From Candidatus Magasanikiibacteriota bacterium (GTDB taxonomy: Bacteria > Patescibacteriota > Patescibacteriia > Magasanikbacterales > GWA2-37-8), in contig CAWJAS010000002.1 in NCBI GenBank assembly GCA_963840935.1, positions 71,333 through 135,332 of the forward strand: DNA of 64,000 nt. The letters are read 5' to 3'. This document shows, one piece after another, positions 10,553-20,161 of the stretch (position 1 is the first letter of the stretch; every line of letters begins with the position of its first letter). The translations under genes were made by a program, and so were the position numbers. The notes under the pieces are model-generated. The model saw only the letters and a program-made list of their open reading frames with translations. It did no database searches and had not been told where the DNA came from.

Positions 10553-11971
10553 ATGAAAAAATTTGAACTTGGTTTTACTTTTATACAAGTGCCGATTGAT
10601 TACACGGCCATTGTTCTGGCCGGCTTTACCGCTTATGCTCTGCGGTTTACCGATGTGGTAAAAAGCATCCGACCCGTAATGTTTAACGTTTCATGGCAAA
10701 GCTACTGGCCCGTAATTCTTTTGGTGGCAGGGGCATGGATTTTAATTTTTGCTTTGACCGGATTATATAATTCTTCCCGCGAACACAAAATGGCTCGCGA
10801 TATCCCCCGCATAATCCTCGCCTGTTCCACCGGTTTTGCCGGCATCACCATTTATGTTTTTTTCACTTTGCAAAAACTTGATTCCAGATTTTTGGTTTTG
10901 GCCGGATGGTTGCTCTCAATTTTATTTGTTATTCTCGGCAGATTAATTTTGCTCGGCATAAAAAGATTATTTTATAAATTCGGCATGGGCTTGCGACGCA
11001 CGGTTGTTATTGGCACAAAAGAAGTGGCAAATGTAATCAAAAGTTCGCTTGGCATAAGCCCACATATCGGATACAAACTGGTGGCCGAATTTGAAAAATT
11101 TGATTCTTCAATTTTTGAAAAACTATTGGCGGTTAAGCCGGATGAAATAATTTTCACCGACCCCAAAGCCGATGAGGACGAAGTGCTTCAAGCGATTGAT
11201 TTTGCCAACGAACATAATATTTCTTTCAAATATTCAGCCGACTTATTTGCCACCATTTCCACGAATATGGCCATAAGCACCATCGCCGGCGTCCCCATAA
11301 TTGAACTGCGCAGAACAAAATTAACCGGTTGGGGAAGAATTTTTAAACGCATTTTTGATATTATCGGCAGTTTCTTTTTCTTGATTATTTTTTCTCCGAT
11401 TTATTTGATAGCTTCGATTATAATTTTGTTTGAGACCGGCCGACCGATATTTTACAAAAACGAAAGAGTGGGCGCCAATGGAAAAAAGTTTTTCACCTAT
11501 AAATTCCGCTCAATGAAGCAAGAAAACTGCACCGGCGAACAATTCGGCCAGTCAGGCGAAGAGGCGCTCAAAACAGAAGAACAATTAATCCGCGAACGCT
11601 CAATCAAAAAAGGCCCGGTTTACAAAATAATGGATGACCCGCGCGTAACCAAATTCGGAAAATTTATCCGCAAATGGAGCATTGACGAATTGCCACAATT
11701 TTTTAATGTGTTTATCGGCCAGATGAGTTTGGTCGGACCGCGACCGCACCAGCCAAGAGAAGTCGATAAATATCAAAAGCATCATAAAATTGTATTGGCA
11801 ATCAAACCCGGGATAACCGGCATGGCACAAATTTCGGGCCGAAGCGATTTGAGTTTTGAAGATGAAGTCAAACTTGATGCCGTCTACATCGAAAACTGGA
11901 GCTTGCTCATCGACCTAATTATTTTAATAAAAACTCCTTTCGCGGTTTTTAGACGCAAAGGAGCATGGTAG
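10553..11971 (+). CDS. Polyprenyl-phosphate glycosyl-1-phosphate transferase (bacterial sugar transferase, WbaP/WcaJ family)
   Basis: 472 aa with N-terminal TM helices. The C-terminal catalytic domain has the hallmark blocks PIFYKNERVG..GK.F..YKFRSM, DELPQFFNV..G.MSLVGPRP and KPGITGMAQISGRSDLSFEDEVKLDAVYIENWSL. Confidence 0.9.
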   Translation: MKKFELGFTFIQVPIDYTAIVLAGFTAYALRFTDVVKSIRPVMFNVSWQSYWPVILLVAGAWILIFALTGLYNSSREHKMARDIPRIILACSTGFAGITIYVFFTLQKLDSRFLVLAGWLLSILFVILGRLILLGIKRLFYKFGMGLRRTVVIGTKEVANVIKSSLGISPHIGYKLVAEFEKFDSSIFEKLLAVKPDEIIFTDPKADEDEVLQAIDFANEHNISFKYSADLFATISTNMAISTIAGVPIIELRRTKLTGWGRIFKRIFDIIGSFFFLIIFSPIYLIASIIILFETGRPIFYKNERVGANGKKFFTYKFRSMKQENCTGEQFGQSGEEALKTEEQLIRERSIKKGPVYKIMDDPRVTKFGKFIRKWSIDELPQFFNVFIGQMSLVGPRPHQPREVDKYQKHHKIVLAIKPGITGMAQISGRSDLSFEDEVKLDAVYIENWSLLIDLIILIKTPFAVFRRKGAW

Positions 11972-13113
11972 CAAATATGAAAATCGCACTGGTTCATGAT
12001 TATCTCTCGCAAGATGGAGGGGCGGAGAGAGTGTTGAAGGCCCTCCACGAAATTTGGCCGGAGGCGCCAATTTTTGTTTTATTTCATGACAAGAAAAAAA
12101 TCGGGTATTTTGACAATGAAAAAATCAAAGAATCATTCATCGCCAAAATGCCTTTTATTGGTTCCACTTTTCAATGGTATTTGCCATTTATGCCATCGGC
12201 CACCGAACGGCACGATTTGCGCGATTTTGATGTTGTGCTTTCTTCCACATCGGCCTTTGCCAAAGGAGTGATTACACCTCCCGGCACTTTGCATATTTCA
12301 TATTGTCACACTCCTCCACGCTATCTTTGGGCTGATTCATTGGAATACATCGCCGACCTCAAACGCGCGCCAATGATAAAATCTTTTTTGCCCGGGCTTA
12401 TGCATCGCCTGCGACTTTGGGACAGATTATCTTCCGACAGAGTAGACCACTTTATCGCTAATTCAAAAACCGTTGAACGACGAATCCGCAAATATTATCG
12501 CCGTGAATCTGATGTTATAAACCCCCCGGTTGAAACGGAGAAATTTTTTATTTCGAAAGACATCGGCGACTATTACATAGCGGGCGGAAGGCTTGTGCCA
12601 TATAAACGATTTGATATTTTAGTATCCGCTTTCAACCGCTTAAAATGGCCGTTAAAAATTTTTGGCGACGGACCGGAAATTAAACGATTAAAAAAAATCT
12701 CAAAACCAAATATTGAATTTTTGGGTCAAATTGCCGAAGAAGAAAAAAATAATTTATTAAGCCGAGCTCGCGCTTTTATCAATCCGCAAATTGAGGATTT
12801 TGGCATAACCGCGATTGAAGCAATGTCATCCGGTCGGCCGGTCATTGCATATGGCGATGGTGGCGCGGCCGAAACGATTAAAGAAAATGAGACGGGCGTA
12901 TTTTTTAAAAGCCAAAACTGGGAATCTCTTTATAATGCTTTGCTTAATTTTAATTATGAAAACTGGGACAGCGACTCAATTCGTGAACATGCCGGCCAAT
13001 TTGATTCAAAAATTTTCAAAACAAAAATTTATGACTTTACCGTCGCGAAGTGGGAAGAATATCAAAACAAATTCCATCAGCCGGCAATGTTAAAAAATCA
13101 AAACGATATTTAA
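11965..13113 (+). CDS. Glycosyltransferase, family 4 (GT-B fold)
   Basis: 382 aa. N-terminus MKIALVHDYLSQDGGAERV and C-terminal donor-binding blocks (GRLVPYKRFD, EDFGITAIEAMSSGRPVIA). Confidence 0.8.
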   Translation: MVANMKIALVHDYLSQDGGAERVLKALHEIWPEAPIFVLFHDKKKIGYFDNEKIKESFIAKMPFIGSTFQWYLPFMPSATERHDLRDFDVVLSSTSAFAKGVITPPGTLHISYCHTPPRYLWADSLEYIADLKRAPMIKSFLPGLMHRLRLWDRLSSDRVDHFIANSKTVERRIRKYYRRESDVINPPVETEKFFISKDIGDYYIAGGRLVPYKRFDILVSAFNRLKWPLKIFGDGPEIKRLKKISKPNIEFLGQIAEEEKNNLLSRARAFINPQIEDFGITAIEAMSSGRPVIAYGDGGAAETIKENETGVFFKSQNWESLYNALLNFNYENWDSDSIREHAGQFDSKIFKTKIYDFTVAKWEEYQNKFHQPAMLKNQNDI

Positions 13114-13117
13114 AAGT

Positions 13118-14344
13118 ATGCGAATTGGAATCGATATCAGACCTTTAATGACCGCCCAAAGAACCGGCGTTGGCGAATACACATTTGAACTTCTTGACTC
13201 AATTTTTAAAATTGACCGCGATAATCAATATTTTTTATATTATAACTCCGGCAAAGATACGACAAAAAATATTCCCGATTGGAAATATGAAAACGTGAAA
13301 ATTATTTCTTCACGACTGCCAAACAAAATATTTAACGCATCATTAAAAATTTTTGGACGACCGAAGTTGGACCGCCTTGTCGCTGAATCACTGGATATTT
13401 GGTTCTCGCCCAATCTGAATTTTACTTCCCTGTCGCCGGGTATAAAAAGCATTCTAACCGTTCATGATTTGTCTTTTGAATTTTTTCCTGAATTTTCCAC
13501 GGCCAAACAATTTTTTTGGCACAAAGCTATCGCGCCAAAAAAGCAATGCGAGCGAGCTGATTTGATTTTAACTCCATCGGAAAATACCAAAAAAGATATA
13601 GTTGATTATTACAAAATCGACCCGCAAAAAATTAAAGTGATTTACCCGGGGATAAAAAGTACACCAACCAACAATGTCATTCTGAGCGAAGCGAAGAATC
13701 TTTTTGATTATTCGGTGAAAGATCCTTCGGCCTTCGGCCTCAGGATGACAGGTGAAACGGAGATAAAACATAAATACAACCTGCCTGAAAATTATATTCT
13801 ATTCCTTGGCGCGATTGAACCGCGAAAAAACATAATCGGCCTGATTGAAGCGTTTGAAAGTCATTGCGAGGAGGCCGAAGGCCGACCTCAGGCTGATTCA
13901 AACCACCAACATTCTTTGGTCATCGCCGGCGCTCCGGGATGGAAAAATAAAAAAATTTTTGAACGAATTAAAAAATCAAAGTTCAGCGAACGTATAAAAA
14001 TTTTAGGATTTGTGCCTGATGAAGATAAAGCTGGACTTTATGCCCTGGCAAAATTATTTGTTTATCCAAGTTTTTACGAGGGGTTTGGCTTTCCGGTGCT
14101 TGAGGCAATGAAGGCGGGCGTGCCGGTTATTACTTCAAATTGTTCTTCATTGCCAGAAATTGCCGGACCGGCCGTTTATCTCATCGACCCAAACCGACCA
14201 AATCAAATTGCCCTGGCCATGAACGAGCTGATTAATAACGAAAAATTACGCGAATGGCATATTAAAAAAGGCCACGAACAAACACAAAAATTCAATTGGC
14301 AAAATTCGGCAAGAGAATGGCTAAAAATAATAGAAACTCTATGA
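13118..14344 (+). CDS. Glycosyltransferase, family 4. Contains two short GC-rich in-frame insertions
   Basis: 408 aa with GT4 blocks (LFLGAIEPRKN, YEGFGFPVLEAMKAGVPVITS). The extra peptides VILSEAKNLFDYSVKDPSAFGLRMT and HCEEAEGRPQADSNHQ are encoded by GC-rich inverted-repeat DNA. Confidence 0.8.
   Translation: MRIGIDIRPLMTAQRTGVGEYTFELLDSIFKIDRDNQYFLYYNSGKDTTKNIPDWKYENVKIISSRLPNKIFNASLKIFGRPKLDRLVAESLDIWFSPNLNFTSLSPGIKSILTVHDLSFEFFPEFSTAKQFFWHKAIAPKKQCERADLILTPSENTKKDIVDYYKIDPQKIKVIYPGIKSTPTNNVILSEAKNLFDYSVKDPSAFGLRMTGETEIKHKYNLPENYILFLGAIEPRKNIIGLIEAFESHCEEAEGRPQADSNHQHSLVIAGAPGWKNKKIFERIKKSKFSERIKILGFVPDEDKAGLYALAKLFVYPSFYEGFGFPVLEAMKAGVPVITSNCSSLPEIAGPAVYLIDPNRPNQIALAMNELINNEKLREWHIKKGHEQTQKFNWQNSAREWLKIIETL
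13676..13749. repeat. 74-bp GC-rich segment with terminal inverted repeats, inside the GT4 ORF
   Basis: The arms gtcattctgag and ctcaggatgac flank an internal palindrome ggccttcggcc. GC content is far above the surrounding gene. It translates in-frame as VILSEAKNLFDYSVKDPSAFGLRMT. Confidence 0.5.
13860..13897. repeat. Second, shorter GC-rich palindromic segment in the same GT4 gene
   Basis: gtcattgcgaggaggccgaaggccgacctcaggctgat. It shares the gtcatt... and ...cctcagg termini with the 13676 element and has a ggccgaaggcc palindrome. Confidence 0.4.
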
Positions 14345-15558
14345 AAATAGGCATTGACGCCCGCATGCTCGGGTCAAAACAAGGCGGAATCGGGCGGTAT
14401 GTACACGAACTTATCAGACATTTCAAAATCGCCTCGTGTCATCCTGATTCGCCATTTGGCGAAGAAGGATCTTTTAGCACAATGGGTCAAGATTCTTCGG
14501 TCGTTTCACTCTCTCAGAATGACAAAAAAAACAATCTTCAATTTGTTATTTTTTTGCGTAAAGATAATTGGGATTTGATTGATGAATCGCTGAATATAAA
14601 AAAAGTTCTAGCCGATATTCCCTGGTATGGCTGGCGCGAACAATTATGCTTGCCAAAAATTATTAAAAAAGAAAAAGTTGACCTGATGCATTTTCCGCAT
14701 TGGAATATTCCGTTTTCTTATTGCAAACCATTTGTTGTTACTATTCACGATTTGCTTTTACTCCACTACCCGACTCGCGCTTCAAGCACACTCGGGCCAC
14801 TCACCTATTTTTTTAAAAACTTGGCTTACAAAATAATTTTGCGCCACGCTATAAAAAAATCTCGTCATATCATCACTATAAGCGAGTTTACCAAAAATGA
14901 TATTTTTAAAAATTTTAACATTGACGCAAAAAAAATTACCGTGACGCATTTGGCGCCTCTCCCTCCCCCTCTTAATCTCCCCCTCGGGCAGGGGGAAAAA
15001 ACGCCCGCCAATCTCATTCATTACAAAATTACCAAACCCTATGTTCTTTATGTTGGCGTGGCTTATCCGCACAAAAATTTGGAGGGTCTGATTGAAGCTT
15101 GGAAAATATTTTGCGCTGAACACGGAAATGATTACCAATTAGTGTTGGCCGGAAGAAAAAATTATTTTTATGAAAAGATTCTGAAACAAGTTCAGGATGA
15201 CAATATAATTTTTACCGATTATGTTCCCGATGAAGATTTGCCCATGCTGTATAAAAACGCTTCGCTTTATGTTTTTCCGTCTTTTTATGAAGGATTTGGT
15301 TTGCCTCCGCTTGAAGCAATGCAATATGGCGTGCCGGTTGTTTCTTCAAACTCAACCTGCCTACCAGAAATTCTAAAGGACTCGGCATTGTATTTTAACC
15401 CTTCAAACAAAAATGAAATGAAAGGCGCGATTTGGCGTGGATTGACTGACCAAAACTTAAGGCAAGAACTGAACCAAAAAAGTGTTCAACTTATCCACAA
15501 TTACAGTTGGAAAACCACGGCAAAAACAACTTTGGAAACCTATCTGAATGTGATATAA
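14341..15558 (+). CDS. Glycosyltransferase, family 4. Contains a GC-rich hairpin-encoded insertion
   Basis: GT4 blocks (VLYVGVAYPHKNLEGLIEAW, YEGFGLPPLEAMQYGVPVVSS). The start is taken at MKIGIDAR (14341), a 4-bp overlap with the upstream stop, rather than the longer 14296 ORF. The extra peptide PLPPPLNLPLGQGEK is encoded by a C/T-rich tract plus the hairpin ccccc-tcgggca-ggggg (14979..14995). Confidence 0.75.
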   Translation: MKIGIDARMLGSKQGGIGRYVHELIRHFKIASCHPDSPFGEEGSFSTMGQDSSVVSLSQNDKKNNLQFVIFLRKDNWDLIDESLNIKKVLADIPWYGWREQLCLPKIIKKEKVDLMHFPHWNIPFSYCKPFVVTIHDLLLLHYPTRASSTLGPLTYFFKNLAYKIILRHAIKKSRHIITISEFTKNDIFKNFNIDAKKITVTHLAPLPPPLNLPLGQGEKTPANLIHYKITKPYVLYVGVAYPHKNLEGLIEAWKIFCAEHGNDYQLVLAGRKNYFYEKILKQVQDDNIIFTDYVPDEDLPMLYKNASLYVFPSFYEGFGLPPLEAMQYGVPVVSSNSTCLPEILKDSALYFNPSNKNEMKGAIWRGLTDQNLRQELNQKSVQLIHNYSWKTTAKTTLETYLNVI

Positions 15559-15595
15559 TAACCTGAGAAAAATCTTTTCCAAAGTATCATCAAAA

Positions 15596-18169
15596 ATGAT
15601 AAAAAAGCAAAGAAAAACACAGGTTCGCAAATGCTCAATTTGCCAAAAAACCGGGCACAACAAATCACGCTGTCCGGAATTTTTGAGTTCAACAAAAAAA
15701 CACGATAATAAAGAAACTCCGGTTTTGAGAATGTATATTCACGAAGAAAAATCACATTCCGCTTCTCCGCACATGGTTAACCTAAAAACCCAAAATAATC
15801 CTTGGGAACGAATTGGCGCTTTTTCTCCAAACCCGAATTGTCCGGAATATTACTCATACAAAAATAAAATTGAAGAACAAGTTTTTACTCCGCCCAAAGT
15901 TACTGTTTGTCCAAAAATTGACTTGCCCACGGTTAACTTGGTCAAACCAAAAAAGAAAATTTCTTTTTGGCAATCTTTTTTTAGCAGATTGGAATCATTC
16001 AAAGATGAAAGAACCGCCAAAAAAACATTCAACAAAGTTGTGGCAAAGAAAAATGCCGAATTACTAACGATTTCTTTTGAAGACAAAAAAGAAATTCTCG
16101 CGGAAACAAACAAGCCGATTGAACAAAAAACTCAAATTAAAAAAGTTGTAACGCCAATAAACTGGCCGACTCGTTTAATCAGACTGTCTTGGCAAACCGC
16201 CATTGCCATAATTTTAATTCTGGCTCCATTTAAGGCAAACTCTTTTTACCAATCGGTTAAATTAACCACCGAAAAAATCGCCACCGAGGGAACGCATGGT
16301 TTTATGGCGCTTCAAGAATCAACTTCCGCCATCACTCAATCTGATTTGGAAGGAGCGGAATTTTTTATCACAAGCGCCCTGCAAAATTTTGATAATGCCA
16401 TGGAAGCGATGAATGGCAATCATAAATTACTTCAAAAAATCGCTTCAGCCGTTCCCATTCTTTCAAACGAGGTCCAAAGCAGGCAAAAAATTATTACCGC
16501 CGGGCATAAAATCGCTTTGGGTAACACTTATTTTATCAAAGGTCTTTCAACCGCCCAAAGCAACGAGGAAACCCCCTTAACCGAACGAATCAAATTTATT
16601 ATTTCATATATCAAATCGGCTATCCCTAACTATGAAGCCGCCTTGGCCGATATGGCAGAAATTGACCCTTCGGTTTTACCGCTTGAATATCAAAATGTTT
16701 TTAAAGATTTCCGCCTATTGTTCGCCACTTTTTTGGATGATTTGGAAAATTTAACCGAGTTGGGCCGGGCAATTGATGAGATATTCGGTGGAGAGGGATT
16801 GCGCAGGTATTTAATAGTATTCCAAAACCCTCATGAAATACGACCGACGGGTGGATTTTTGGGTAGTTTCGCTATAATTGACGTAAAAAATGGCAAAATT
16901 GTTAATTTGGATATTCCAGCCGGTGGATCATATGACCTGCAAGGCCAACTTGACGCCTATGTTGAACCGCCCACCCCTCTTTTGCTTTCCAACAAACGTT
17001 GGGAATTCCAGGACTCAAACTGGTTTCCTGATTTTCCGGCCAGCGCCCAAAAAATGCTTTGGTTTTATCGCCACGCCCGTCAAGTAACGGCTGACGGTGT
17101 TATTGCCATAAACGCCACCGTTCTTGAAAGACTACTCTCTATTATCGGACCGGTTCACGATACCGAACGAGCGCTCACGCTCGATTCTTCCAACGCTATT
17201 GTCGCTATACAAAAAATAGTCGAGGAAGGCCCGGAGAAAGCAGACAATAAACCAAAGCAAATTATTTCAGATTTGGCGCCGTTATTTATTAATTATATTT
17301 TAAATTCAAAACCGGAGCATATCACTCCATTACTTTTGAATCTTTCCGAAGCTTTAGAGAAAAAAGAAATACAAGCGTATTTTGTTGACGAAGAAGTTGA
17401 AAACACCATAAAAACATACGGCTGGAGTGGGCAAATATTGCCGATTAAAAATGACCAAGATTATTTGATGGTGGTCAATGCGAATGTTCAAGGTCAAAAA
17501 TCAGATGCATATATTATTCAAAACATCTCTCACGAGGCTGAAGTGGCGGAAGACGGATCAATAATTAATACAGTGGTAATAACACGCGAACACACCGGAA
17601 CACAAGGCGAAAAATTATATGGTCAAACGAATATTAATTATTTACGACTTTACGTTCCGCTTGGAAGCGAACTAATTTCGGCGGGAGGATTTACCTGGCC
17701 CGATGAACGCAGTTTTCGCGCCCCGGATGCTTGGACAAAAAAAGATGAATTTTTAATGGAGACTGAAAAAGAAATCGGATTTGATGATACAACCGGAACT
17801 CGTTTGAGCGAAGAATTTGGCAAAACTGTTTTTGGCAACTGGATAATCATAAACCCCGGAGAAACCGGTCAAATATTTTTTAAATATAGGCTTCCTTTCA
17901 AAATGAATGTCGTGGGCGATGAAACCACAAAAAATATTTTTAAAAAATTTGTCAGTGAAAACTATGACACTTCCGGATACCAATTAATCGTACAAAAACA
18001 ATCCGGACAAAAATCAATGTTTGAGAGTCAAATCATATATCCGCTATCATGGTTCCCCAGTTGGCACGACGGAAATGACTCGGTATTGGCGGGAAACGGC
18101 CTGATTATCAAACGATCATCTCTTGAGACAGACTCGATTTGGAGTTTGGTGATGAAAAAACAAAAATAA
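15596..18169 (+). CDS. Large membrane-anchored protein, DUF4012-like (often found in polysaccharide loci), with an N-terminal CCHC zinc knuckle
   Basis: 857 aa. The N-terminus carries CSICQKTGHNKSRC (CX2CX4HX4C), with one TM helix around aa 195-215. The extracytoplasmic domain has FLGSFAIIDVKNGKIVNLDIPAGGSYD-type blocks. The family assignment is from memory and is low-confidence. Confidence 0.4.
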   Translation: MIKKQRKTQVRKCSICQKTGHNKSRCPEFLSSTKKHDNKETPVLRMYIHEEKSHSASPHMVNLKTQNNPWERIGAFSPNPNCPEYYSYKNKIEEQVFTPPKVTVCPKIDLPTVNLVKPKKKISFWQSFFSRLESFKDERTAKKTFNKVVAKKNAELLTISFEDKKEILAETNKPIEQKTQIKKVVTPINWPTRLIRLSWQTAIAIILILAPFKANSFYQSVKLTTEKIATEGTHGFMALQESTSAITQSDLEGAEFFITSALQNFDNAMEAMNGNHKLLQKIASAVPILSNEVQSRQKIITAGHKIALGNTYFIKGLSTAQSNEETPLTERIKFIISYIKSAIPNYEAALADMAEIDPSVLPLEYQNVFKDFRLLFATFLDDLENLTELGRAIDEIFGGEGLRRYLIVFQNPHEIRPTGGFLGSFAIIDVKNGKIVNLDIPAGGSYDLQGQLDAYVEPPTPLLLSNKRWEFQDSNWFPDFPASAQKMLWFYRHARQVTADGVIAINATVLERLLSIIGPVHDTERALTLDSSNAIVAIQKIVEEGPEKADNKPKQIISDLAPLFINYILNSKPEHITPLLLNLSEALEKKEIQAYFVDEEVENTIKTYGWSGQILPIKNDQDYLMVVNANVQGQKSDAYIIQNISHEAEVAEDGSIINTVVITREHTGTQGEKLYGQTNINYLRLYVPLGSELISAGGFTWPDERSFRAPDAWTKKDEFLMETEKEIGFDDTTGTRLSEEFGKTVFGNWIIINPGETGQIFFKYRLPFKMNVVGDETTKNIFKKFVSENYDTSGYQLIVQKQSGQKSMFESQIIYPLSWFPSWHDGNDSVLAGNGLIIKRSSLETDSIWSLVMKKQK

Positions 18170-18198
18170 ACTTATTTAATTGTTAATAATTTTGATTT

Positions 18199-20106
18199 TT
18201 GGATATGGCAAAAAATGAAAACTCTTTTTCCAGCCATCCGATAGGCGAGGAAAAACCCAAACGCGCTCGCGTGGTACGCAAAAAAACCATCGCGACAAAA
18301 ACAAGGAACTCTGGTGAAAACATCATAGAAAAAGAAAAAATGGTTCGAATAGACAAGGAATTGAAATCGATTTATTCGGATAACAGCGGACGAATTCCCA
18401 ATATGCAAGAAATTAGCAAGAAAAAAAGACATCCGATTTTACGTGGGCTTTTTGCTTTGATAATAATCGGTGGTCTTATGGCCACTGTTGCCTGGGTTGG
18501 ATTTTTTTATTTACCGAGCAAAACCCAAATTGGCGATAAAAATTTAAATCTTGGAATTAACGGCCCAAATGAATTTTCTCTGGGGGCAACCACCACCTAT
18601 ATTATTCGCTGGGAGAATAAACAAAATACCAAAATAACCAAAGCAGTATTAACAGTCAATTATCCCGAAGGGTTTGTGTTTTTGGAAAGTTCTTTGCCTT
18701 CCGGTAATTCCGGCAATACCCAGTGGGAATTAGGCGAAATTAATGCCGGAAAATCCGGTGAAATAAAAATAACCGGCAAAAATTTCGGTCCGATAAATCA
18801 AGAAAAATCCTGGCGCTTATTTCTTAATTACCAACCAGAAAATTTTGCTTCTGAACTGCAAACATCGGCATCGCTCAACACAAAAATCATTGACTCTCCC
18901 TTTTCTGTTTCGATTTCCGGCCCAGAAAAATCGATTACTCAAGATAGCGCCGAATATATAATTAAATTTACAAACAATACGGATTGGCAACCGGAGAAAT
19001 TAATTGTGAAAGCTGTTTTGCCCGATAACTTTATAATTAGCTCATCAAGTCCAAAAATATCGGCTGACAAAACGTGGCTAATTGTTAACGAAGAAACGGC
19101 CACAGCCACTTCATATACATATAAAATAGCTGGTTCTTTTAGTAATAAAGGCACGGAATTCAACGATGATTTTACGGCCGATATTAATACAGAGCTACTA
19201 CTCCCGTTTGGCGTTGACCAAAAATTATTTTTAATTGACGAAAAATCTATAAAAACCGAAGTGTCAAAAAATACCCAAAATTTATATTTGGCGATAAACG
19301 GTTCGATGACTAATCTTTCAAGCCGTCCGAATGAAGCACTAAATTTTTCGCTTAATTTCAAAAACATGGCCAAAGAGAGTGTTAAAAATGCGGTAATCAA
19401 ATTAACGATTGACGCTCCTTCACTAAATCGCCAAAGCGCGATGAATTGGGTAAAAATTGAAGATAAGTATGACGGCAATATTGTTGGCGAACAGCTAACC
19501 GACAATATCCGTCGTGGCGTTATCACGTGGACATCAAAACAAATCACAAGTCTGGCAGAATTCAAGACAGGCCAGGAAATTCCAATTGATGTGGTTTTAC
19601 CGATCCGAGACACGGAGAATTTTGATTTGGCTTCCATCGGAGAACATACGATTTTAGTTAGCGCGGAAGCAACATACAAAGATGAAAGCGGAGAAAATAA
19701 AGTAATAACCTCAAACCCGATAACAATTACAATCAATTCGGATCTGGCGCTCGAAGTTCGCGCCAAAACGATATCAGAAAAAGAAAAAGAAATAACCTGG
19801 ATATTGACGAACAGTTTTCATTCTTTAAAAAATGTTGAAGTTACCGCCTCTGTTTTTGGTGATTCGGAATTTACGGCGGAAAACGCGCCCGCCGGCACGA
19901 TTAATTTTGACAAAGAAAATAAAATAATTACTTGGAAAATAGCCGACATGCCTTCAAGTGTTGATGTGTTGGCTTTGCCTTTCAGGATCTTCATCAACCA
20001 AATCAATACGACGCAAAACACTCTCATATCAAAAGTAAAAATCAAAGCGGAAGACTCGGTGACCGGCCAGATTATTGAGATAATGGGAGATGAAGTGCCG
20101 ATGTAA
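18199..20106 (+). CDS. Membrane-anchored extracellular protein of unknown function, with repeated beta-sandwich-like modules
   Basis: 635 aa. A basic N-terminus, one TM helix (LFALIIIGGLMATVAWVGFFYL), then repetitive Ser/Thr/Asn-rich modules. No catalytic motif recognised. Confidence 0.4.
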   Translation: MDMAKNENSFSSHPIGEEKPKRARVVRKKTIATKTRNSGENIIEKEKMVRIDKELKSIYSDNSGRIPNMQEISKKKRHPILRGLFALIIIGGLMATVAWVGFFYLPSKTQIGDKNLNLGINGPNEFSLGATTTYIIRWENKQNTKITKAVLTVNYPEGFVFLESSLPSGNSGNTQWELGEINAGKSGEIKITGKNFGPINQEKSWRLFLNYQPENFASELQTSASLNTKIIDSPFSVSISGPEKSITQDSAEYIIKFTNNTDWQPEKLIVKAVLPDNFIISSSSPKISADKTWLIVNEETATATSYTYKIAGSFSNKGTEFNDDFTADINTELLLPFGVDQKLFLIDEKSIKTEVSKNTQNLYLAINGSMTNLSSRPNEALNFSLNFKNMAKESVKNAVIKLTIDAPSLNRQSAMNWVKIEDKYDGNIVGEQLTDNIRRGVITWTSKQITSLAEFKTGQEIPIDVVLPIRDTENFDLASIGEHTILVSAEATYKDESGENKVITSNPITITINSDLALEVRAKTISEKEKEITWILTNSFHSLKNVEVTASVFGDSEFTAENAPAGTINFDKENKIITWKIADMPSSVDVLALPFRIFINQINTTQNTLISKVKIKAEDSVTGQIIEIMGDEVPM

Positions 20107-20118
20107 TTAATTACTATA

Positions 20119-20158
20119 AAAAAATCCCGTCATTTTCAAGTGGCGGGATTTTTTGTTT
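20119..20158. terminator. Bidirectional Rho-independent terminator between convergent genes
   Basis: aaaaaaatcccgtca-ttttcaag-tggcgggatttttt. An A-tract lies on one side and a T-tract on the other. Confidence 0.7.
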
Positions 20159-20161
20159 TGG

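Noticed and set aside
14296-14340. Longer alternative start for the third glycosyltransferase (MAKFGKRMAKNNRNS...)
   Set aside because: It would overlap the upstream gene by 49 bp. The MKIGIDAR start at 14341 gives the usual 4-bp stop/start overlap and aligns with GT4 N-termini.
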